Shown: piece after piece, positions 7,685 to 15,139 of the stretch
Layout of the letters: each line of letters opens with the position of its first letter
Numbering within the stretch: position 1 is the stretch's first letter
From: an uncultured Clostridia bacterium
GTDB lineage: Bacteria > Bacillota > Clostridia > TANB77 > CAG-508
Length of the DNA: 32,000 nt
Direction: 5' to 3'
Assembly (NCBI GenBank): GCA_947626875.1
Contig: CANQTV010000005.1
Location: forward strand, 36,715-68,714
Translations under genes and position numbers: made by a program
The notes under the pieces: model-generated
Seen by the model: only the letters and a program-made list of their open reading frames with translations
Told to the model about the DNA's origin: nothing
Database searches by the model: none

Positions 7685-8779
7685 ATGTGGATTAAAAATA
7701 TCAAATTAAAAAACTTCAGAAATTACGAACAATTAGATATTAGCTTAGGAGAAAATATCAACATTTTTTATGGAGAAAATGCCCAAGGAAAGACTAACAT
7801 TCTCGAATCAATTTTTTTATGCAGTATGGGAAAATCATTTAGAACAAATAAAGAAAAAGAAATGATAAAACTAGGAAAAGAAAATACAATAATTGAGATT
7901 AAATACGAAAAATCAGATAGAGAAGGAAATATAAAAATAGAAATAGGAAACAAAAAAAATATATTAATAAATGGAATAAAAATAAAAAGATTAAGTGAAT
8001 TATTAGGAAAAATAAATATAGTTATTTTTACACCAGATGATATAGAAATAATAAAAGGAGGACCAGAAAAAAGACGAAAATTTTTGGACATTATGATTAG
8101 TCAATTAAGACCAAATTATATGCATATATTATCACTTTATCAAAAAACAATAAAAGAAAGAAATTACTATTTAAAAGAAATAAAAGAAAAAGGAAAAGAT
8201 GAAAATTTATTAGAAATATGGGATGAAAAATTAGCAGAGTATGCAGAAAAAATATATATTTATAGGAAAGAATTTATTGAAAAAATAAAAGAAAAAATAA
8301 AAAACACACATGAAGAAATAACACATAAAAAAGAAGAAATACAAATAGAATATATTTCACAATGTGAAAATAAAGAAGAATATTTAGAATTATTAAAAGA
8401 AAGAAAAAAATTAGATATTATAAAAGGATATACAACTAAAGGAATACACAGAGACGATTTTATACTATATATTAATGGAAAGCAAACTGATATTTACGGT
8501 TCACAAGGGCAACAAAGAACAGCAATACTTTCTCTAAAATTAGCTGAGTTACAAGTAATATATGAAGAAATAGGTGAGTATCCAATTTTATTATTAGATG
8601 ATTTTATGTCAGAATTAGATAAATCAAGAAGAGAAAGTTTAGTATCACATATACAAAACACACAAGTATTAATTACATGTACAGATAAATTAGTACTTGA
8701 AAATTTAAAATATTTAGAATATAATGTACAAGAAGGAAAAATTATAAGCATAGGAGGAAAACAAAATGGAAAAATATGA
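7685..8779 (+). CDS. recF: DNA replication and repair protein RecF
   Basis: Walker [13 protein letters not shown], signature SQGQQRT and Walker [12 protein letters not shown] are present. The start is chosen at [14 protein letters not shown] (ATG 7685, RBS AAGGTGA). The track start at 7676 is a GTG. Confidence 0.93.
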   Translation: MWIKNIKLKNFRNYEQLDISLGENINIFYGENAQGKTNILESIFLCSMGKSFRTNKEKEMIKLGKENTIIEIKYEKSDREGNIKIEIGNKKNILINGIKIKRLSELLGKINIVIFTPDDIEIIKGGPEKRRKFLDIMISQLRPNYMHILSLYQKTIKERNYYLKEIKEKGKDENLLEIWDEKLAEYAEKIYIYRKEFIEKIKEKIKNTHEEITHKKEEIQIEYISQCENKEEYLELLKERKKLDIIKGYTTKGIHRDDFILYINGKQTDIYGSQGQQRTAILSLKLAELQVIYEEIGEYPILLLDDFMSELDKSRRESLVSHIQNTQVLITCTDKLVLENLKYLEYNVQEGKIISIGGKQNGKI

Positions 8780-10694
8780 ACACAAGTATGGGGCAGAACA
8801 AATCCAAGTGTTGGAAGGGCTTGAAGCCGTAAGGAAAAGACCAGGTATGTATATAGGAAGTACATCAGTAAGAGGATTACATCATATGGTATATGAAATT
8901 GTAGATAATGGTGTAGATGAAGCTTTAGCAGGATATTGTACAGAAATAAATGTTGTAATAGAAAAAGGAAATATTATAAGTGTTACAGATAATGGAAGAG
9001 GAATACCAGTTGAAATACATCCAAAAACTAAGATATCTACAGCTGAAACAGTATATACAGTTTTACATGCAGGTGGAAAATTTGGAGGAGACAGTGGATA
9101 CAAAGTATCTGGAGGACTACATGGAGTAGGAGCTTCAGTAGTAAATGCATTATCTAATTGGGTAGAAGTAACAATTGAAAGAGATGGCGGAATTTTCGAA
9201 ATGCGATTTGAAAAAGGAAAAACAGTAAAAACACTTGAAAAAATAGGAGAATCTAAAAAAACAGGAACAAAAGTTAGATTTTTAGCAGATGACACAATCT
9301 TTGAAAGCTTAGAATACGAATATGAAGTATTAGAAAAAAGATTAAGAGAAATTGCATTTTTAACAAAAGGATTAAAAATAACAATTGAAGACCAAAGAGA
9401 AGAAACACCAAAAAAAGCAGAATTCTGCTATGAAGGAGGATTAAATTCCTTTGTAGAATTTTTAAATAAAAACAAAGAAAAAATACATAAAACACCAATA
9501 TATATTGAAAAACAAGGGGAAGTACCAGTAGAAATAGCAATCCAGTATACAACAAGTTATACAGAAAATATATATACATTTGTAAACAACATAAATACAG
9601 TAGAAGGTGGAACACATTTAGAAGGATTCAAAAGATCATTAACAAAAGCATTTAATGATTATGCAAGAAAACACAACATATTAAAAGAAAAAGATTCAAA
9701 CTTACAAGGAGAAGATATCAGAGAAGGAATAACAGCAGTTATTTCGGTAAAAGTAAAAGAACCACAATTTGAAGGGCAAACAAAAACAAAATTAGGAAAC
9801 AGCGAAGTAACAGGAATAGTAGCAAGCGTTGTAAATGAAGCATTATCAACATTTTTAGAAGAAAATCCACAAGTAGCAAAAGCAATATTAGAAAAATGTG
9901 TAAGTGCTTCAAGAGCAAGAGAAGCAGCAAGAAAAGCAAGAGAGTTAGTTAGAAAGAAAAGCAATTTAGAAACATCAACATTACCAGGAAAATTAGCAGA
10001 TTGTAGTAGTAAAGTAGCAGATGAATGTGAAGTATATATAGTAGAGGGAGACTCAGCAGGAGGAAGTGCAAAACAGGGAAGAGATAGAAAATTCCAAGCA
10101 ATTCTACCATTATGGGGTAAAATGTTAAATGTAGAAAAAGCAAGAGCAGACAAAATTTATGGAAATGACAAATTAAATCCAGTAATAGTAGCAATTGGAG
10201 CAGGAATTGGAAATGATTTTGATATTACAAAAATTAGATATGGAAAAGTTATAATTATGGCAGATGCAGATGTAGATGGTGCACACATTAGAACATTATT
10301 ATTAACATTTTTCTTCAGATACATGAGGCCATTAATTGAAAATGGAAATGTATACTTAGCACAACCACCATTATATAAACTATACAAAAAAGGAATGCAA
10401 GATATATATTGTTATACAGACGAAGACTTAGAACAAACATTAGCAAGACTTGAAAAAGAAGGAATAGATAGATCATCATTAGGAATGCAAAGATATAAAG
10501 GTTTAGGAGAAATGAATCCAGAACAATTATGGGAAACAACAATGAATCCAGAATCTAGAATCTTAGTAAAAGTAACAATGGAAGATGCAATAAAAGCAGA
10601 TGAAATCTTTACATTATTAATGGGAGATGAAGTAGAGCCAAGAAGAGATTTTATTCAACAAAATGCAAAATATGTAAAAAATCTAGATATATAA
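8766..10694 (+). CDS. gyrB: DNA gyrase subunit B
   Basis: 642 aa with [17 protein letters not shown], the GHKL ATPase motifs, the Toprim motifs [15 protein letters not shown] and [12 protein letters not shown], and YKGLGEM. It overlaps the recF stop by 14 nt. Confidence 0.98.
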   Translation: MEKYEHKYGAEQIQVLEGLEAVRKRPGMYIGSTSVRGLHHMVYEIVDNGVDEALAGYCTEINVVIEKGNIISVTDNGRGIPVEIHPKTKISTAETVYTVLHAGGKFGGDSGYKVSGGLHGVGASVVNALSNWVEVTIERDGGIFEMRFEKGKTVKTLEKIGESKKTGTKVRFLADDTIFESLEYEYEVLEKRLREIAFLTKGLKITIEDQREETPKKAEFCYEGGLNSFVEFLNKNKEKIHKTPIYIEKQGEVPVEIAIQYTTSYTENIYTFVNNINTVEGGTHLEGFKRSLTKAFNDYARKHNILKEKDSNLQGEDIREGITAVISVKVKEPQFEGQTKTKLGNSEVTGIVASVVNEALSTFLEENPQVAKAILEKCVSASRAREAARKARELVRKKSNLETSTLPGKLADCSSKVADECEVYIVEGDSAGGSAKQGRDRKFQAILPLWGKMLNVEKARADKIYGNDKLNPVIVAIGAGIGNDFDITKIRYGKVIIMADADVDGAHIRTLLLTFFFRYMRPLIENGNVYLAQPPLYKLYKKGMQDIYCYTDEDLEQTLARLEKEGIDRSSLGMQRYKGLGEMNPEQLWETTMNPESRILVKVTMEDAIKADEIFTLLMGDEVEPRRDFIQQNAKYVKNLDI

Positions 10695-10706
10695 CTAAAT
10701 CAAAAA

Positions 10707-10738
10707 AGGGGGAATATATAAAATATTCCTCTTTTTTG
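10707..10738 (+). terminator. Probable intrinsic terminator after gyrB
   Basis: An imperfect hairpin GGGGGAATAT-ATAAA-ATATTCCTC is followed by TTTTTT. Confidence 0.5.
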
Positions 10739-10762
10739 TCAGATTTTGTCGAAAAGTTTTTC

Positions 10763-10791
10763 TTGACAAATGTCGTAATCTGCTGTAAAAT
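10763..10791 (+). promoter_or_regulatory. Consensus sigma-A promoter driving the VirB4 block
   Basis: TTGACA (10763-10768), a 17-nt spacer, then TAAAAT (10786-10791). The RBS AGGAGG lies 8 nt before the ATG at 10815. Confidence 0.65.
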
Positions 10792-10814
10792 AGAGAAACA
10801 CAGGAGGTAGATAA

Positions 10815-11384
10815 ATGAAACAAAAAACAGTTCAAGAATGGATGCCAATCCAAAAAATTGATGAAGATGGCATTATTAAATTAAAAAATCAAAAAAATAT
10901 AAAACTCATGAAAATTGTCCCCATAAATTATAATTTAAAATCAGATTTAGAAAAAAAAGCAATTTTAAATGCTTACAAAATATTTTTAAAAACATGTAAT
11001 TTTAATATCCAAATTTTAATTCAAAGTAAAAAAGAAAATTTAGATTATCACATTTCAAATATTCGAAAAAATATCCAAAAAACAAAAAATCAATATTTAA
11101 AAAATATAGCACAAGAATATATAGAATATATTCAAAAAATTAATATGTCAAAAAAATCTTCAACAAAAGAATTTTATATAATAATTGAAAATGAAAAAAA
11201 TCATGAAAAAGAATTTGTTCAAACAGAAGAAATTATAAAAAATGAATTAAAAGAAAAATTTTTTAAAATCAAAGAATGTTTATCAAGATGTGGAAATTCG
11301 GTCATAGAAATTTCAAATAAAAAAGAAATCATAGAAATTTTAAATTCTTTTTTTAATACCAGAAAAAATTTATATATCAAATAA
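10815..11384 (+). CDS. VirB4/TraE-family N-terminal domain encoded as a separate 189-aa ORF
   Basis: The N-terminus KTVQEWMPIQKIDEDGIIKLKN...IVPINYNLKSDLEKKAILNAYKIFL matches my memory of the start of Tn916 Orf16-type conjugative ATPases. This is recognition only, with no search run. The ORF ends 12 nt before the VirB4 core ORF. Confidence 0.5.
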   Translation: MKQKTVQEWMPIQKIDEDGIIKLKNQKNIKLMKIVPINYNLKSDLEKKAILNAYKIFLKTCNFNIQILIQSKKENLDYHISNIRKNIQKTKNQYLKNIAQEYIEYIQKINMSKKSSTKEFYIIIENEKNHEKEFVQTEEIIKNELKEKFFKIKECLSRCGNSVIEISNKKEIIEILNSFFNTRKNLYIK

Positions 11385-11396
11385 AAAGGAGGAATA

Positions 11397-13199
11397 ATGA
11401 GGGAAAAAAACACACAAAAAAATATTATATATTCAGGCACAACTGATGAAAAAGAAGAAATATATCCAGCTTATTTAAATTTACAAAATCCAAAATATTT
11501 AGAAATAGATAATTTATATTATGCAGGACTAATAGCAGTAGATTATTATAGAGAACAAACAGATTTAATATTAAAAAATTTAATTGAAACAAATATTGAT
11601 ATGAATATTGCAATTTTTTATGAAAAACAAGATTCATATAAAATGATAAAAGAATTAACATATCATATTGGAAATGTAGGAGTAGAAATAAAAGATAGTA
11701 ATGAAAATAGGCAAGATATTGACATTGCAGCATTTACATATAATGATGCAAAATATATAAGAAAAGAAATGCAAGTAAATAATGAAGATTTATATTTTTT
11801 ATATATTTATATGATGATTTATGATCAAGACATAAAAAACTTAGAATATTTTTTAAATAAAATTGAAGGAATAGCACAAAGCAAAGGAATACAAACAAGA
11901 AGAGCAAATTTTAGGCAAGAAGAAATGTTTTTAGCAACAGTACCAATCATGGAAAATAGAGAAAATATAAAACAAGCAGCAAGAAGGAATGTACTAACAA
12001 CAGGACTATTAGCAACATATCCATTTATATCATCAACAATTTTTGATGCAGATGGAATTTTTGTTGGAACAAATATTTATAATAATTCACTAGTTTTTAT
12101 TGATAGATATAATACAGAAAAATATAAAAATGCAAATATATGTATATTTGGAACAAGTGGAGCAGGAAAATCATTTTACACAAAATTATTAATTTTAAGA
12201 TATAAACTATTAGGAATAAAACAATATATAATTGATCCAGATAGAGAATATACAAATATATGTGAAAAAATGAAAGGAACATTAATTAAATTAGGACCAA
12301 CTTCAAAAACATATATAAATATTTTAGAAATAAGAAAAGAAAGTATAGAAGAAGGAGAAAATGGATATTTAGCAACTAAAATTTCAAAATTAATTGGATT
12401 TTTTAATTTGATTTTTGGAGAAATGGATGAAGAAGAAAAAGCAATTATAGAAGAAAAATTAATTGAAACATATAAAGAAAAAGGAATTACATTTGATGAT
12501 GAAAGTTTATATAAAACTAAAAAAAATAAAATAATTAAAGAATTTAAAGGACCAAAAGATATGCCAATATTAGGAGATTTATATCAAGTTCTAGAAAAAG
12601 ATGAAAAAACAAAAAAATTTAAAACAAAATTAATTCCATTTGTTGAAGGCTCTATGAAATTTTTTAATAATTATACAAATATTCAAATTGAAAATGATTT
12701 AATTATTGCAGATGTATATGATTTAGGTGAAGAAAATTTACAATATGGAATGTACTTATTTACAGATATATTTTGGGATAAAATAAAAGAAAATCGAGAA
12801 GAAAAAAAAGCGATTTATTTAGATGAAATTTGGAGATTAATAGGAGTTACATCAAATAAAAATGTAGCAAGTTTTATATATAAAATATTTAAAACAATTA
12901 GAAAATATGGAGGAAGTAGTGTTGCAATAACACAAGATATATCAGATATATTTAGTCTAGAAGAAGGAATTTATGGAAAAAGTATTTTAAATAATTCAAG
13001 CATAAAGACATTTTTTTCATTAGAAGAAGAAAATATAAAAATATTAAGTGAATATGCAAATTTATCAGAAAAAGAAAAAGTAGAAATAAAATCATTAAAA
13101 AGAGGAGAATGTTTAATGTTTGTAGGAGATGATCATATATTAACAAAAGTAGAAGCATCAGAAATAGAAAAAAAGATTATAGAAAATAGAAAGGAATAA
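11397..13199 (+). CDS. VirB4/TraE/TrsE-type type IV secretion ATPase (core)
   Basis: 600 aa with Walker A FGTSGAGKSFYTK followed by IIDPDREY, Walker B IYLDEIWRL, and then RKYGGSSVAITQDISD. The RBS AAAGGAGG lies 5 nt upstream of the ATG. Confidence 0.85.
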   Translation: MREKNTQKNIIYSGTTDEKEEIYPAYLNLQNPKYLEIDNLYYAGLIAVDYYREQTDLILKNLIETNIDMNIAIFYEKQDSYKMIKELTYHIGNVGVEIKDSNENRQDIDIAAFTYNDAKYIRKEMQVNNEDLYFLYIYMMIYDQDIKNLEYFLNKIEGIAQSKGIQTRRANFRQEEMFLATVPIMENRENIKQAARRNVLTTGLLATYPFISSTIFDADGIFVGTNIYNNSLVFIDRYNTEKYKNANICIFGTSGAGKSFYTKLLILRYKLLGIKQYIIDPDREYTNICEKMKGTLIKLGPTSKTYINILEIRKESIEEGENGYLATKISKLIGFFNLIFGEMDEEEKAIIEEKLIETYKEKGITFDDESLYKTKKNKIIKEFKGPKDMPILGDLYQVLEKDEKTKKFKTKLIPFVEGSMKFFNNYTNIQIENDLIIADVYDLGEENLQYGMYLFTDIFWDKIKENREEKKAIYLDEIWRLIGVTSNKNVASFIYKIFKTIRKYGGSSVAITQDISDIFSLEEGIYGKSILNNSSIKTFFSLEEENIKILSEYANLSEKEKVEIKSLKRGECLMFVGDDHILTKVEASEIEKKIIENRKE

Positions 13200-13200
13200 C

Positions 13201-14310
13201 ATGAAAAAAATAATAACAGCATTAAATAATCCAGAATTAAATAAAGAATTAGAAAAAGAAAAAAATATAAAAGTTATGAATAAAGATATTATTTATAAAG
13301 AAGGAATTTTAGAAATTTTAGAAATAAAAAAAGAAATAGATTTAATAATTATTAATTATGATTTATCTGGAAAAATAACAATAGAAGAATTAATTCAAAA
13401 AATAAAAAAAATAAATAAAAAAATAGAAATAATATTTATTTTAGAAAAAGAAAATCCAGAAAAAGAAAAAATATTAAAAAAATATGAAATAAAAAATATT
13501 TATTATAATAATAAAATAAATATAAAAAAATTAATTCAAATAATTCAAGAAAAAAATAAAAAAAATGAAAAAGAATTAGAAGAAGAAATTATAAAACTAA
13601 AAAAAATAATTGAAGAAAAAAATAAAAATGTAACAAAACAAGAAACGGAGACAGAGAAAAAATGTTCGAAAAAAATCCCAAAAAGAAAAGAAAAAGGTAA
13701 ACATAAGATTGAAAGAATAAAAAAATCTCTATTAATTGAAGAAACAGAAGAAAATCCAAAATCCCACTTAGCCCTAAGTTTAATAGAAGCAAATAAAAGA
13801 GAAAAAAAGAGAATTTTATTAGTTGATTTAAAAATAAATCATGAAGATTTGCATATTGCATTTAATAAGACAAAAATCTATAAAAAAATTACAAACAAAT
13901 TTTTTTTGATTCACATTAATAAAAATATAAAACTTTTAACAGGACTATCAAATTTTTTAAAAAACTATGATGAAAAAGAAATAAGAAAAATAATTTTTAT
14001 AATAGAAAAAAATGCAAAAAAATATGACAAAATAATTATTGAAATTTTAGAAAATAATTTTCCAAAATTAAATGAAAAAATAATAGAAAAAATAGAAAAA
14101 AATATTTTTATTATTTCAGATAATATAAAAGACTTAAAAAATAAAAAAGAAAAAATAGAAAAATATAAAAAAATAAAAAGCACAAAAATATATTTATTTT
14201 TAAATAAAAAAAATAAAATAAAAATTAGTCCAGAATTATTAAAAGAAATATTTAATAAAAAAATAAAAATTTTAAGAAAGGAAAAACAAATATGGAAATT
14301 AATAAAATAG
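13201..14310 (+). CDS. Lys/Ile/Glu/Asn-rich 369-aa protein; receiver-like N-terminus and degenerate ParA/MinD (TadZ/CpaE-like) C-terminus suspected
   Basis: The ATG lies 1 nt after the VirB4 stop. The N-terminal ~115 aa show an alternating beta-alpha pattern (KVMNKDIIY, IDLIIINYDL, IEIIFILEK). The C-terminal part has KRILLVDLKINHEDLHIAF, as found after a P-loop in ParA/MinD, but no GKT. Confidence 0.45.
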   Translation: MKKIITALNNPELNKELEKEKNIKVMNKDIIYKEGILEILEIKKEIDLIIINYDLSGKITIEELIQKIKKINKKIEIIFILEKENPEKEKILKKYEIKNIYYNNKINIKKLIQIIQEKNKKNEKELEEEIIKLKKIIEEKNKNVTKQETETEKKCSKKIPKRKEKGKHKIERIKKSLLIEETEENPKSHLALSLIEANKREKKRILLVDLKINHEDLHIAFNKTKIYKKITNKFFLIHINKNIKLLTGLSNFLKNYDEKEIRKIIFIIEKNAKKYDKIIIEILENNFPKLNEKIIEKIEKNIFIISDNIKDLKNKKEKIEKYKKIKSTKIYLFLNKKNKIKISPELLKEIFNKKIKILRKEKQIWKLIK

Positions 14311-15011
14311 AAAAAAATTTAGAAATAGAAAATACACTTGTAAATGAAAACACACAAAAAAATTTTTTAGAAACAACATTAGGAAAAACAATTAATACAG
14401 CAGTTGACATTGGAATAAGAGCAATATTACCAGATTTTATAGAAGATCAAATAATTAATATAAAAAATAATTTATTAAATAATGGTTTAAAAGAAGGAAT
14501 AACAAAAACAATAGATGATGCAATTGATTTAGGAAAAAGTGCATTAGGAATAGTAACAGGAAATTTTGAAAATGTAAATCAAATGCAAGCAGCAGTAAAA
14601 ACAGGAGGAATTATAGATGGAGTATCAAGTCTATTAGATACAGTTGTTGATAAAGTAAAGAATAAAGGATTGATTGATTATAATACAGCCAATACAATAA
14701 AACAAGGAAAAAATGTAATACTAAATAATGTAGAAAGCAATATAGAAAATACATTTGCAAACCAATTAAAAGCAGTAGAATATACAAACAAATATATAAA
14801 TAATTGGAAAAAATATTATAACAACCAAGATTTTGAAGGAATGCAAAAAGAATACAAAAAAATACAAAGAGAAATGAAAGACCTAGCACCAATAGAAAAA
14901 ACAATTAGTGAAGCAAAAACAGTAGAAAATTTACACAACCTAATAAAAAACAATGGAAAAAATTTTAATCTAACGCCAGAAGAACTAGAACTTGCAGAAA
15001 AATTAAAATAA
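14292..15011 (+). CDS. Hypothetical helical 239-aa protein with no TM segment or signal peptide
   Basis: The ORF has RBS AAGGAAA and overlaps the upstream gene by 19 nt, which suggests translational coupling. The sequence FLETTLGKTINTAVDIGIRAILPDFIEDQ resembles uncharacterised Firmicutes proteins, from memory only. Confidence 0.6.
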   Translation: MEINKIEKNLEIENTLVNENTQKNFLETTLGKTINTAVDIGIRAILPDFIEDQIINIKNNLLNNGLKEGITKTIDDAIDLGKSALGIVTGNFENVNQMQAAVKTGGIIDGVSSLLDTVVDKVKNKGLIDYNTANTIKQGKNVILNNVESNIENTFANQLKAVEYTNKYINNWKKYYNNQDFEGMQKEYKKIQREMKDLAPIEKTISEAKTVENLHNLIKNNGKNFNLTPEELELAEKLK

Positions 15012-15016
15012 AATCC

Positions 15017-15045
15017 TTGCAAAATGGAATTTGTTTTAGTATAAT
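15017..15045 (+). promoter_or_regulatory. gyrA-specific sigma-A promoter
   Basis: TTGCAA (15017-15022), a 17-nt spacer, then TATAAT (15040-15045). A ~90-nt leader precedes the RBS AGGAAAGGA. Confidence 0.7.
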
Positions 15046-15139
15046 ACAATTATACAAATTTCAAGAAAAGAGGGAAAGGCTGAAAAATAATTACAATTTT
15101 TTTCAACCTGATTTATGCCTTAGGAAAGGATGAGAAAAA

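Larger units (their letters stand above)
10763..15011 (+). mobile_element. T4SS-like half-cluster A inserted between gyrB and gyrA (possible ICE remnant or domesticated module)
   Basis: Four tightly packed or overlapping ORFs, including a VirB4-type ATPase, with their own promoter. The block is visibly more AT-rich than the flanking gyrase genes. No integrase or att repeats were seen. Confidence 0.4.

Noticed and set aside
9274-10542. A series of Leu/Phe-rich ORFs antisense to gyrB (9274-9615, 9659-10153, 9739-9939, 9949-10194, 10157-10387, 10315-10542). There are similar sets antisense to gyrA (15220-17235), dnaA, dnaN, recF, VirB4 and the 369-aa gene.
   Set aside because: They are mirror images of A/purine-rich coding strands. 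The reverse complement of Lys/Glu/Asn-rich codons gives stop-poor Phe/Leu/Ile frames. They have no RBS or recognisable motifs, and they fully overlap well-supported genes.
10737-10777. Spo0A-box-like motifs next to the VirB4-block promoter. TGTCGAA at 10747-10753 is perfect for TGNCGAA. TGTCAGA at 10737 and TGTCGTA at 10771 are near matches.
   Set aside because: A 7-mer with one degenerate position is expected several times by chance in 64 kb of two-strand sequence. There is no evidence here that the organism sporulates. It is too weak to call.
15130-15132. Upstream out-of-frame ATG in the gyrA leader (ATGAGAAAAAATGG) as an alternative start or uORF
   Set aside because: It lies inside or immediately after the SD (AGGAAAGGATG) with no spacing. 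The frame terminates after 16 codons. The ATG at 15140 gives the conserved GyrA N-terminus.
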